The notes under the pieces: generated by a model
Seen by the model: only the letters and a program-made list of their open reading frames with translations
The model's database searches: none
What the model was told of the DNA's origin: nothing
Part shown: positions 1 to 39,780 of the stretch, one piece after another
Layout of the letters: each line of letters begins with the position of its first letter
Position numbering within the stretch: position 1 is the stretch's first letter
Assembly (NCBI GenBank): GCA_039096225.1
Contig: JBBPEB010000026.1
Span: forward strand, 124,001 to 188,000
DNA length: 64,000 nt
Source: Blastocystis sp. Blastoise
Lineage: Eukaryota; Protista; Bigyra: Opalinata
Reading direction: 5' to 3'
Made by a program: the position numbers and the translations under genes

Positions 1-12284
<12,284 letters not shown>

Positions 12285-13440
12285 TTAAAGATACTATACT
12301 AAAAATCAAGCAATGAATAACAAAAAGAAGGAAAGAAAAAGTTGAGAATCTTTTTTTTTAAATTTTCATGAAAATAATCACTGTTTTAATATATTTTGAA
12401 TGGTTATTTTTTAAAGAATCAGGGTTGTGTATTTTCTCAGTCTCTACCTTCAATTACCTATTTTTTAAATAGAGAAACGTTGTTGTTTAGAAAGAAAGGC
12501 ATTCAATAAATTTTTTTTATTAAATAAAACACTCAAATAAGGATAATCATTGATTAGTGTGTTGTATAAGCAATGAATTTTCATCGATTTTTATAAAATC
12601 CATAATGTAGTGAAGACTTGAATGATATAAATTGATATGTGAAATGAAAAAAATATATATATATTATTTTTTTGACCTAGAAAACCAAAGTTGATCGAGA
12701 ATACTAGTTATTCTATACTTTACATATTAGTACAAAAACAATAAGTAAAAAGAATACATTTTTTAACACAATAAAACTCGATTCAAACAAAAACCTAGCT
12801 TGTTAGAATATTTCTGCATTAAATATGCTTTAAAATAATGTGTTTGCATTGACATATCGCAGGATAGTAATATCTACCTATAATGATAGATATTACTATG
12901 AACTGGAATGAAAATGGGCTTTTGAATTTCTAGATATATCACAAATAGTGTTCATTATCTTCTATAAGATCTTAATTATTATTTAGATAACAAATAACAA
13001 TTGAAAACCTGTAATATCAAAAAAATGAGTCTGAATAATCAAGAAAAACAAAATTTTTGATATAGAGACTTTACATATAAGATATAAATTAGAAAAAAAA
13101 ACATAGAATTTCATTCACCATAATTATTTAAATAGACAAGAGTCTTCAAATCAATAAAAAACAGAAGAAATTCATTATTTTAAAATAAGAAAAAAAGAAA
13201 GTGTTTTCTTCATTCATTCCATTGGATAGAGTACATGAATATCCAATAAGAATAGGTATAAAGAATAAAAAAAGAACCAAGCTGGAAGTCAAGAATTTTC
13301 TTCATTTATATTGGTTTTTTTAAAAAATGTAAAGAGAATCAAGAAAATTCTAGAGATTTCTGCATAATTTTTTTATTGCTTTGCCTTATAAAAAAATAAA
13401 TTTCCTTGAAAAATATAATTTTCTTTGTATTCACTAAATC

Positions 13441-14201
13441 ATGAGATCCTTTTATGTTTTGATGGCTTTAACCTTCTTTATTGCTGCTTGTTGTGCTGCT
13501 AAACCTAAGACTGCTGCTGATTGTCAAGTATGTGTTGATGTTGTTAGCGAAATTGAAAAAACTATTACTGATGAAGATCGTAAAGATTTAACTAAAATTG
13601 AAAGTAAAATCGATCGTTATTGTAATAAAAAGAATCTTAGTCAAGAACAAAAGAAAGTTTGTTATCACATTGATCCTATTAAACGTGAAATTTCTCGTCC
13701 TATTTCTTTCCAAATGCCCGTTGAAGATATCTGTATTAGAAAATTAAATAAGAAGAATCCTGAATTTTGTGCTATTAAATATGGTATATATATATTTTTT
13801 TTTATATATATTTTTATATTATTTTTGCTTTTATTATAATTTTTTATATTAATATTTCTTTTAATATTTTTACTTTTATATTTTTTTTATTTTAATTTAT
13901 TATTATATTATAATTCTATATATATATATCTAGTTCCTGAAGGTGAAAAGACTGCTACTGCTACTGTTAACTATGATAAGATGAAGATCAGTCAATTAAA
14001 AGCCATTTTAGCTGAACATAAAACAAAATGTGTTGGCTGTTATGAAAAGAAAGGTATATATATATTTATATATATATTTATATTTACTTGAATATCCAAT
14101 TTATTTACTATTTATTTTATTACATATAATATATATATATATAATATATAGATTATGTTAAGAAAGTGAAAGAAATCATGGCTAATGAATCTGAATTATA
14201 A
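13441..14201 (+). CDS. MANF: MANF/ARMET/CDNF-family ER protein (signal peptide, saposin-like domain, SAP-like domain with CxGC)
   Basis: Exons 13441-13783, 13934-14053 and 14152-14201. Motifs CQVC...YC...VCYHI...ICIRKLNKKNPEFCAIKY, then KMKISQLKAIL...KCVGCYEKKDYVKKV; C-terminus ESEL. Confidence 0.9.
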
Positions 14202-14670
14202 TTTTAATATATATATTATAATATTATACATATATCTTTCTCCTATATAAATTTTTTCTTCTTTTCCTTTTTTTTTTAATCATATAATTTTGTTTCATTA
14301 CTATTATTTCGTTCAATTATTAATATATAAACTTATATTAAAATTTGTTTATCTTTATTTTTCTTTGTTAATTATATCCAATTGTAATCTTATAGCTTTT
14401 GTTTTGTCAATTTTTTTTCTTTATTGCTATTTACATGTAATAAATAGCATACTAAATATTTAAAAGTATACTAAAATACATTCAAATGTTATAAATGAAA
14501 AAAATAGTGTTTTTCTCATAATTCTCTTAAATAATCTGAATTAGATTCAGTATGTTCACAAACAAACAAAATGAAAACAGTTTGTGAATTATCTTTTTAT
14601 TCAATATACATCCATTTCTTTATTTTTTATTGGTTCTATTCGATAAACTTAATTCAGCACAGAGAATAGA

Positions 14671-25920
<11,250 letters not shown>

Positions 25921-26397
25921 TAATTTATTTATTCTTTATTAAAAAGTTTTTTATAAATATCATTATATATATTTTTTTTATACTATATATTTACTATAAA
26001 TGTATTCTACTATTTATATAAATATATAAACATTTTTTTTTATATGAAATCTAATGTCTTCTATTATCTTTTATATATTTTTCATATTTTTCAGTTTACT
26101 ATTCATGTATAATTTCTGTATATATGATCTAGAATAATACTTTTTTTAGAATAAAACACTTTTCTTCTTTATGAATATGATATTCTATATTATTACTATT
26201 TTGTTTTATTATTTTTATTAAATGAGTCTTATGTTGACTAAAAGTATTCTATTCATTTATTTATTTGGTTAATTTGTTTCTATTATTATCTTCTCATATG
26301 AGCAAAACAACCTTCGAAAACTCTTTTTATATATTTTTTTATTAATTTAAGATAATATTCGCATACTTAATTCATCTATTTGCCATATTCCTTATGT

Positions 26398-26801
26398 TTA
26401 ATGTCTTCGAATATCAAATGAAGAAAAGTTTCTTTCATTTAATTCACATTCGTTTGTAAATTCTGATTTTGTTATTAATGAATATGGTGATCCAACATGT
26501 CCTAGCCAATAGACCATTTTATTATACGATTCTTGCTCTCCTTCTAATCTATAGAAAGAAAATCAAATGATGTTTGTCTAATAATTATGATTTTTAATAG
26601 TCAACATACACACCACAGACCGTAGAACTAGCATTTCGAACCCAACCAGTAATACCAATAGAGTCTGCATATTCTTTAGTAAATTTTCTAAAATATACAC
26701 CTAATTAAATAATAATATTCATTGCAATAAGATGATCATCATATGTATTTACCTTGCACACGTCCCCAGATCTCAAAATGACAACTTCGAATAATTGACA
26801 T
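26398..26801 (-). CDS. ACYP: Acylphosphatase
   Basis: Three exons, not in the ORF track: MSIIRSCHFEIWGRVQG|VYFRKFTKEYADSIGITGWVRNASSTVCGV|LEGEQESYNKMVYWLGHVGSPYSLITKSEFTNECELNERNFSSFDIRRH*. Signatures GRVQGVxFR and GWVRN are present. Confidence 0.95.
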
Positions 26802-27638
26802 ACTTCTTTATAAACATTTATAGATATATATAAAAAGGAGATCATATATATACTACAAAGTATATATGAGAAATACGTTAAGAAAACACAAAATAAATTT
26901 TATATAGAATATAAAAAATAAAATTGATTTAGAAAAAAATCAAACACTTTTTTGGTTTCTTTTTGCTGTTTATTTAAAAAAAGTACCAAAAATATATTTT
27001 TGCATTTATTATATACGCAGTTAATGAACTGTTATCTATTTAAAGTGATATCATATCGAAATAAAAAAATAAATTTTACTAATTATCGTTTTATTCTTAT
27101 TTAAATTTTCTCCTGTTACTTTTCATATGCTATATATCTCTTTATGCAAATTCTTCCTATTTTTAACACAAAGGAATATTACTAAAAATTGAAAGAGTAG
27201 GTTTACCAGCAATTGATGTGTCAATTTGTGTTATATCATATTTCGAGTATCTAATAATATTTAGATTTCATAATAATATGAAAGAAAAATATGGATAATG
27301 AATCAACAGCTATCCTTAAAGTGTAAATTCACCTTAGAACCACATATGAAGTTATCTTAAATATCTAAATAGCCTATAATATAGTTAGTTGAGGTAGTAT
27401 AGAAAGGAAGATTTTGAAAAAGTATTAAGAAACATGAGAAATCAATAGAGAAACTGATGATCTGATTGGTTCTTTTCCCTTATAGTGATAAACTATTGGT
27501 TGAGTGTTTATTAAAACGAATTTCTTTTTCACTGAATAAAAAACGACTATAAAGAAAAAGGGAACTGATACAGTATTTCTTGGATACAATTCAATTTTTA
27601 AAGGAAAAAATACTTTTATTTAAGCTAGCTTTTAAATA

Positions 27639-28518
27639 ATGCAGCATTTAATATCTGCTGAGACTATTTCTACCGAATTGGCTGAAAATCTTGCTGTTCT
27701 AAATGAATTATTTCCAACATTAGTAAAAGATATGAAACATGAACATGAATATCAAAATCTAGTACTTGTTTGTCAAGATTTAGTATCTAACAAATTAATT
27801 CCTTTTGTTCAATCGTTGAATATCAATCTGATTGATTGGATTCATCTTCTTGAAAAGACACCAGGTTACATCAGTCCAGGTAGTGATGTTCCTTCTATCA
27901 TATCTCTGGATGAGATGAATCAAAAAGCAACAAATGTCAATGAAATTATCAAAGATTTACTTGAGAAAATGACTACTATAGAAGTATTTTTATTATTTTT
28001 CATTATTAATATTCATTTTTCATTTGATTCTTTATAGGATCATCTGAAATCTAAAAAACATACAAGTAGATATATATAGATTTTTAATAAATATATTATT
28101 TTGTTTTTAATAAATATATATTTTTTTGTTTTTAATAAATATATATTTTTTGTTTTTAATAAATATATATTTTGTTTTTAATAAATATATATTTTTTTTG
28201 TTTTTAATAAATATATATTTTTTTGTTTTTAATAAATATATATTTTGTTTTTAATAAATACTTTTTTTTTGTTTTTAATAAATATATATATATATTTTTT
28301 GTTTTTAATAAATATATATATATTAATGAATATACATAAATAATACTTTAAATAAATATATATTCCTCTATATAGTTAATGAAATTTTTACTATATTGCA
28401 AGAGAAGATTGTTCCTAAATCTCAAAATATGGCTATTCATATAATTGATTGTATTAATGATAATAATATTACTGATGAAGCCGAAATTAAAGAAATGATC
28501 GATGAAAATAAATTATAA
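27639..28518 (+). CDS. Hypothetical helical protein (3 exons)
   Basis: Exons 27639-27983, 28038-28065 and 28376-28518 splice in frame through GT-AG sites. No family recognised. Confidence 0.7.
28080..28322 (+). repeat. Intronic minisatellite, about 10 copies of ~24-bp TTTTGTTTTTAATAAATATATAT
   Basis: Direct tandem copies with variable T-run length fill intron 2 of the hypothetical gene. Confidence 0.85.
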
Positions 28519-28891
28519 TCATGATTATCATGTCTTTTTAGTTGGTTTATATATTTGTACTATCATATCTCTTTATAATACTCAAATGTATTTCAATTCT
28601 ATATATTTATATATTTCTTTTTTAATAGAATAGTGTACCATAATTTTTTTCATATAAATATATATATAGTTGTTTTTTATATTTTTAAATTTATGATTTG
28701 CTTTGCATTCTTATATATATACATATATATATATATATTCTTTCTCTGTTGAACAATGTTATTATTGTCGAATTCATTCATGGAACAAAACACACTGTTT
28801 TTTAATAATATATTTTATTATTAATAATATTCACAAATAACCCCATTTTTTTTTACTATTTTTGTTGTTTTATACATCATATACATATTGA

Positions 28892-29275
28892 TCAATCACT
28901 TTCACCTATAATTATTATTATTCATTTATAATTATTATTTTTAGTATTGATATAAATATATATACTATCATATAAATAATCTTCAACTCTTTCTAAATAC
29001 TGTTGTTCAGTCTCTTTTTTCAAGTAGAAATATGTATAAAAATAGATATATAAATCCTGATACACATAAAGTAAATACAGAACAAGTAAAGATTTAAAGA
29101 TATACATTTATTGAATAGTGTATACAACATTTATATATATATATATATATAAAGGATATTATTAGATTCAAAATAGAATATCCATAAAGTACAATGATTT
29201 GTTATTATTGAATAATAAATATATACACAGGACAGTATATATCTAATAATAATAATAATAATCATAATCACAATC

Positions 29276-29326
<51 letters not shown>

Positions 29327-31639
29327 TTTGCATGAAATGCCTTGGTTGGCAAATGAGAAATTGAAATTATATTCTTATTAATTGATAACTATATATATAA
29401 TATATATAAATTTATATATATATATACTTGTGGAGCATAAATATATAAAGTTAAAATAAGAGAATATAGCCACGATACATTCCACGATGAATATATATCA
29501 AATTCAGGTCTATATATATAGAGTTAATATATAATTTATTATTTAAATAGAACATTATTTATATATATAAAATAATCTAAACTTCAATTATCATTATAAT
29601 ATGATATATATATATATACCTTAATGAATCAAAGTTGATATGTAATAATTGATATATATAATGAATAGATCCATCTTTCCAAAGTGATGACATATGTATA
29701 TATAATAATATTAATAGAGGAATTGTAAATATATATATAGACGTAAAACGACTCTCTACTGCACGTGACATATAACGGCTTTTACCACTATATATATTCA
29801 ATAAGTTATATATTTATATATTTAATAAGTTATATATATATTTAAATATTATAAGTAATATATATAGATATTTAATAAGTTATATATATATATATATATA
29901 TACGTTTTTAGAAACGGTACATGTAGAGGTATTTTAAATTGGATAGTTTCCATACAATAGAAAAACTATAATATATATAATAAAAAGATGAACTATTTTA
30001 TTCATAAATATAATAATAATATATATATGAATAATAATAGTATATAAAAAAACAATATAAAAAATCATGTATGAAAATAAATGAAATAAAATAATAAATA
30101 AAATAATAACGCTATAAATATTCATACGTTGATGAATATTTCACAGAGAATCATATATATATAAAGAGGAGGAGTAGAAGAAGGAGTGGATATATATATG
30201 CATATATGAAGAAGAAGAGAAAGGAATGAAGAATAAATAGATATATTTTCCATCGATATATTTGAATATAAATGATGAATACGCATACAAAAAGAAAACA
30301 CCTAATATATATATATATATATAAAATTTTATCTACGAATAATAATAATAAACATAATAATAATAAATCTATTTATAATAAATGTACTACTCTTAATAAT
30401 ACTACATATATAATAATATCTATATCTATAACATACATATAAAATAGTGATAATCATAATAATTAAAGATGGTTTCACTAATGTATCTATAATCAACGAT
30501 CCAGGAGTATTTATATATATATCTAAACACTTCGATATCACTATATATATACATATATAATTATAGTATAATATTCATCAATATATATATATCTCATAAA
30601 CTTTTATAAATAAGAAAATAGTTAATAAAATATATATGTATACATAAAGTTTGTTTAGACTGAATTTTACATATATTAAATAGCATTGTTTTTATATAAT
30701 GTGAATCAATATTGATTTGAAATGTATATATATTATCCAATAAAACATTCTTGTCTCTATATAGTAATATATATGATAAAATATTAAAAAAAATAATGTA
30801 TTCATATATATACAGCAATAAATCAGTAGTATCTATCTTTGAAATTCCAGATAACCGCGGGAAATATACAGTTGTATTCCATAAAGAATGAATAGAATAC
30901 ATATGAAGAATATTATTATAGTATTTTGTATGTAATGATGGTAAAATGAGAGAAGAATTATAATAAGGAATATCAATATATATAGAGTAATCTATACAAA
31001 AATAACTTGAATATTTTTTTTTAATATGAATGAAATGAATATTTTTATAGACACTATATACTTTTTATAAAATCAAAAGATTCTAAAGTCAGCTTAATCT
31101 CATTCTAATTTTAATAAAATTATACATATAAATATATATACAGAAAAAAAATGATTATTCTTAATCGTTGAGAGAGAAATAATGAGTGACGCATCGGTAA
31201 TTTCGTCTATATGTCTAGATACATACATATACGATTCCGTATTCTTCACATTAGAATCAATAGAAACTTGAATACTTTGAGATGACTAAAAGAAAGTGAT
31301 TTATGTAAATAGAATAAACTATCAGCATACATCAACATAATGGATATCCTTGTCAATTATAGTTATATTATACACACTCATATCGGTATTACCATACTCA
31401 TATTTGATGGAATGTTTGAGATGAATGGATAATGTCGCTTTCATTTTTATCAATTCATTATTTTTTATTACTGATGTCATGACTTTATTGGATTCATGCT
31501 GTGTTTTCTTTGATACAGAGAACGAAGGATCATAATGAATCTAAATAATTAGTTTATTCTCAAATAGACATACCGGATATGTTATGATAAAGCATATCAA
31601 TAATACGAAAAAGGAATTCAAAATGAAATAACGAAACAT
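28892..31639 (-). CDS. CLPTM1/CLPTM1L-like multi-pass membrane protein (divergent)
   Basis: Spliced C-terminal part YSSWNVSWLYSLILTLYIYAPQ ... SHLPTKAFHAK ... FESNIVLYLLYVYQDLY parallels the CLPTM1 pattern YKSWYSW...PQLFxNYKLKSVAHLPWKAFTYK...FRDDVVFLVYLYQ. N-terminal hydrophobic segment from ATG 31639. Confidence 0.7.
29086..29159 (-). other. U12-type AT-AC intron
   Basis: Minus strand 5' ATATCCTTT; weaker branch TCTTTAAAT; 3' AC; no AG in the interval. The phase-1 join restores the CLPTM1-like motif FESNIVLYLLYVYQ. Confidence 0.8.
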
Positions 31640-31720
31640 AATGAGAAAATATGGTTTTCTAAGAAGAAGAATCGAATGATTTAATACTCAAATATATAAC
31701 AATTAAACAGAAGGTTGTTA

Positions 31721-31802
31721 GACAATTTGTCCGAGTGGTTAAGGAGGTAGACTAGAAATCTACTGGGCTTTGCCCGCGCAGGTTCGAATCCTGCAGTTGT
31801 CG
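31721..31802 (+). tRNA. tRNA-Ser (anticodon AGA)
   Basis: Acceptor GACAATT/AGTTGTC; D-loop CCGAGTGGTTAAGG; anticodon arm GTAGA-CTAGAAA-TCTAC; long variable arm GGGC-TTT-GCCC; T-loop GGTTCGAATCC; downstream T-run terminator. Confidence 0.97.
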
Positions 31803-32554
31803 AATTTTTCTCTTTTTGTATTCATTAATATGGATTCTATTTTGAATTTTCTTGTTGTGTACGTAGATATTTACATAGTAATTTTTATTGAATCTAATTT
31901 ATTTTTAAGAACCTAATAAACAATGTACTATAACATATTTATCATTTTATTACATATTCTCTTGTTTGTTCAAGTCATATAGAACAATCATTCGATATGA
32001 TCAATTATTTCTATTATCACTAATAATTTTTTCTCTATGTCTTATATATGACAATAATTTTGAATTTATAAATATAAATTCATTAAAGAATAACATAATA
32101 ATTTCTTTTTATAAAAAAATATATAATATTTTTAAAAATAAGTATATATATATATGATTCTTCAAGAAGATACATATTATAACGAATTTGTTTCATTATT
32201 CTTAAATAGTATTATGATATTAACCAAATTACTAATGATTAATAAATAAATATAATGAGATATAACTTTTAAAACCGAATAAACTGTACTAAAAGTAATG
32301 ATTGAATTAATACAGTTGAAGACACGCGTTATAACTATCTAGAAAGCTATAAACTAATATATATAAAGTACACTGATATAAATGATAGAAGAAATAAATA
32401 AAATGACCATAGAATGTCAAAAAACAATATACTCAGAGTAAACATCCTACTTAAATCAATATATACAATAAATAAAAAATGAAAACGATTCTATACACTA
32501 GCAGGCATTTTCTTGGGAAAAATCTGGAACGCTAAATAGAATTGGCAACAAAAC

Positions 32555-32844
32555 AATCTGCCATTTTGGAATGGAAACTATTTCCAGTTTGGAATTGGAA
32601 AATTATTCCAGTTTGGAATTGGAAAATATTTCCATTTTGGAATTGGAAAATTATTCCAGTTTGGAATTGGAAAATTATTCCAGTTTGGAATTGGAAAATT
32701 ATTCCAGTTTGGAATTGGAAAATTATTCCAGTTTGGAATTGGAAAATTATTCCAGTTTGGAATTGGAAAATTATTCCAATTCCAAACTGGAATAATTTTC
32801 CAATTCCAAACTGGAATAATTTTCCAATTCCAAAATGGCAGATT
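32555..32844. repeat. Palindromic array of 24-bp units (TTCCAGTTTGGAATTGGAAAATTA): about 9 direct copies then about 3 inverted copies
   Basis: Units recur every 24 nt from 32582 to 32750 and orientation flips at ~32774. The outer 17 bp AATCTGCCATTTTGGAA / TTCCAAAATGGCAGATT form a perfect inverted repeat. CACTAG lies at 32496. Confidence 0.95.
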
Positions 32845-33022
32845 TTTTCATTTCCAAGAGACAAATTGTTATTTTACACTAATAGGTTTTTACCTGATCA
32901 TTCTTTATCTTTATTTTCATTTATTGAATAGTTGTGTAATCATAATAAAAAGATAAATATAACAAAAGGCAATTAATAATAAAATAATAATTAAAACAAA
33001 TAAAAAAATAATAAAATAATAA

Positions 33023-33562
33023 TTATTTTGACTCGTTCTGAGTTAATTAGGAACCACTTTTGACCACTATATATAGAAAAAGATAGAATCAATAATAATA
33101 GATAATAATATATAATATATACCTTTTACAAACACGTATAGATCAATTATTGATAAGAACCACAACTATAAAAATAAAATGTAAAAAAATAAATATAATA
33201 TAATAATATACCTTTTAAATCCAAAAAGTGTAGACAAAGAGGGACCTCATGAAGTAATTAAAACCTATATAAAAATAAGAGTAGTTAATTGCAAAAAAAA
33301 AATATAATAAAATACCTTTGGAACCATGGAGCCGTTGAACAAGGAGACCTAAGACGATGTTGGAACCTATAGAAGATAATAAATAATAGTAACAAAGAGA
33401 ATACTAAAAATATATACCTTCAGCAACACAGGATTCCTTCTAGTCCATACTTCAGAACTCATAGACAAACTTTAAAAATGAGGAGGAATCAGGACCTATT
33501 TAAAGCTCTTTCACGGACCAGTAAGCCTATATGATATCATATAAATAAAATATATTATATAC
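33023..33562 (-). ncRNA. Putative spliced non-coding transcript (or dead gene) with at least 5 mini-exons
   Basis: Relatively GC-rich blocks 33418-33526, 33316-33366, 33212-33264, 33123-33165 and <=33066 are bounded by TATAG| and AAG|GTAT with 46-56 nt AT-rich introns. The joined sequence has stops in all three frames. Confidence 0.5.
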
Positions 33563-34449
33563 ATTTTAAAAGATATATAAAATTCAGTTGTAAATCAACT
33601 AAAAATAAAAATAAATATGAAATTTTTTAGAATTTATTTAAAAACACATCGATGGCCCTAAAAAATACAGAAAATCTTTTTTTTCTATGATAAAAGTCTA
33701 TACAAATTTTTTTATTTCCAGGGGTTATTAGATCTCTAAAATTTTCCCTGTTTCTCTTCTAAAAAGTGCATTTGTGTAAAATTCATTTGTAAATGTTATT
33801 TATGTGTATTAAGCTAAATTACTTCATTACAACACGTTTTCAGACTGAATAGAACAAAAACAAACTTATTTTAACAAACTATAGTTTCAATTAAGAGTAT
33901 TTATGAGTTAGACTTATATAATAGTATTTGATTCATAATGTGAATGTCATAGAGAATAAAGATATATATTTGACATAGTTGTTTATAAAGTCATAATTCA
34001 CATTTTGCAAACATTTTTATTATAATATATTCTATTTCAACGAATTGCTGATAATATAAGTGAGTAAATGAGTTGAGAAGGTTTGAATGTCGTTATCAAC
34101 ATAATAAATAATAAAATCTAATAAAAACACAAAAACAGATTAATGTGCATTCCATTTTATTGTTATTTGTAAAGAATTCTTTACAATAATGCATTGTAAG
34201 CTATCTACAAATAAAAAGAATACTATATAACTAAATATAATATAATAAAATGTAAAAAAAGATAATAGGTAATATGTATATAAAAATGAATCATCATTAT
34301 ATACATAAAATATGTATAAAGAAATTAATCATCATAGTATATTTAATATGTATGTATATATGTATGAAACCTCTTTCTTATCCTATATAAACTGATTATA
34401 AAACTATGTGTAATTTAATATAATATATATATACTGTTATAGCATTATA

Positions 34450-35842
34450 TTATATATATATATATATATATCTGATAGTTATCATTATCTTCATTATATA
34501 TGAAACGATTTATCTGCAAGTCTATATATACCTATATAATAATAATAATAATAAGTATTATAATAATAATAAGTATTATAATAATATTAACTATATATAT
34601 ATATACTTATAATGTGACATGAATAATGGGTTGATTATTATACGAGATAATAGAGTGAAATACATAATAATAAGTATATGTAGTATTCGTAATAGAATCA
34701 TTCGTGAGAATTATAGATAATGAATTGATAGCAATATTATACACTTTAAATCAATAATCTTTAAAGCTAGTATAAAGTATATCCTGATTGATCTCCTTCT
34801 CTTTGTGATTTACTTTATATATATATGTAGCTATATCAATTATACACTGGAAATTACTCTATATAATATAATATATATAAATAGATATATATATACATTT
34901 CAAAATATTTTCATGTAGTTATAATAATAATTTTGTTATAACAATACATATAGAAGAAAGAATTAATCTTTTATTCTTTTTATTTATATTTATTGTTATT
35001 CTATATATTATAATAAATAAATAAAATAAAATTAATAAACAGTATGATAGTAATCATATATATATATAGATACTTTTTAAGATTAACCATAAGTTCATTA
35101 GACATAATATGTGTTACTTGAATCTTAATATTTGTTAAATTAATTATCACAAGTTCTCTTCTTGTTCTATATAAGCTATTTTTTTCATTTATCTATATTC
35201 TTATCTTCATTATTATCATCATCTTCAGTTATTAGCATCTCTTCTAAATATCTAGCTTCTCCTACAACTATTATTTCTTCTTCTTAATTTATCATTAATA
35301 TAATTCCATTTATATGCTAATTTCTGAGTCTATACTTTAGTTTCAATTTCATCACTATATTCATTTCTTTAAGAGTAAAGACAGGATACATTATATCACC
35401 AATTATATAATAAAGCACATAATACATCAATTGCTATCTTCTCACCAAGATTCTTATTTTTTTCTCTCTCTACATATAATATATAGATTAACTATATTAA
35501 TAATAATAATAATAACTATAATAATGAGGATAATAATAATAATAATGAGGATAATAATAATAATAATATATATATATATATACCATCCATATCTAGTTGG
35601 TTTTCTGTATCGAGATCGACTTCAATTTCATTTAAACCTCTTTCTATATCCAGAAGATGACCCTTATGACCTTCTCCCATGGGAATGGAAGCATTGTGAC
35701 GGTGAGTTGAATCATTCCCATGATTAACACAACATTCCTGTGATTTAGCACGATATTTTGAATGTAAAACGTAGTGGATAATCATGGTTGATCTAAAAGG
35801 TTTCAGTACATATATATCTTCTTTCTCTTCCTTAATGGTATT

Positions 35843-35898
<56 letters not shown>

Positions 35899-36827
35899 AT
35901 TATGATTATCTAATTTAATTTAAACAAAATAATATTAATAATATATATTATACTATACTATACTATAGTATATATATATATATACATATGAGTAGGTAAA
36001 GGAGAGAGAGGAGAGTGGGGAGTTATTGTCGATTGATTACTTAACGATATATACTCTATACTATTCTTAGGAAAATATTTAGAAGGCTTCTTAGGCTCAG
36101 CATAACCGCGGTTATTGGAATCTTTTGAAGGGATTTCTACACTGTCGATATCTTTATCAATTTCAGAATAATTGACATCATCCGAAGTATATGCATATGA
36201 AGGAGGAGTGTTGCCATTCCCACGGGAATCAGGAGGACTGATGTGAATAGGTAAGTTACCTAGATATATAAATAAATATATAAATAATATATATAATAAA
36301 TAGGATTAATAATTTAAATAAAGATACTAAAAAGAAGATCATCAATTCTATTTGATTGGCTGGAATGAGGAATAGTATTTCCATCTCATCAGCTTCATTC
36401 TTTTCTTGCGAAATACCATTTTCATCATATTCAATAGCTAGTGGAGAATGTGCTAACGACGAATGAGAATTATTATCGGTCTCGTGGTTCTCTTTACTTT
36501 CATTTGAAGGTTCTTTTGATTTTGGTCTTCCATTCTCTTCTTCATATCTTCATCACTTGAATTGTTTATATCCCCATGGGAAAACAAAGGATGAGGAAGA
36601 AAAGAATCAGAAAAGTTCTTAGCTGTTGCTTCTTTGGGAGTATATGTTTCTATTTCTTCATCTGATGTATCCCCGCGGTAATTGTCATATGAATACTCAC
36701 TAGTTCCTCCAAGTGATTGTTTGTGTTCTGGGAATAATGATAAATCATGTTGATTGTAACTACCAATAGGAATTGAGCTATGGTGATCTAAATATGATGA
36801 CGTAGAAGGGGATACCGAAGGAGGATC
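34450..36827 (-). pseudogene. Decayed multi-exon fragments of an acidic/Ser-rich protein gene
   Basis: Exon-like blocks with splice sites but with frameshifts (e.g. near 36545, SSDED shifts to EENGRPKSKEPSNESK) and stops (35050-35470). No start codon context. Confidence 0.55.
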
Positions 36828-36831
36828 TATA

Positions 36832-36867
<36 letters not shown>

Positions 36868-36895
36868 TAATAATAATAAAAAATAGAGAAATGAA

Positions 36896-36956
<61 letters not shown>

Positions 36957-37018
36957 CATTTATTCTATATATAATAATAATAATAATACTAAACATAATA
37001 ATAATAATAATAATATAC

Positions 37019-39780
<2,762 letters not shown>

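Noticed and set aside
27120-27500. Small gene between the acylphosphatase and the hypothetical gene
   Set aside because: Exon-like patches contain stops and no consistent spliced frame could be built.
32555-32844. CRISPR array, or coding ORFs 32532-32931
   Set aside because: The repeats are contiguous with no unique spacers and the context is eukaryotic. The ORFs are just translations of a 24-bp period.
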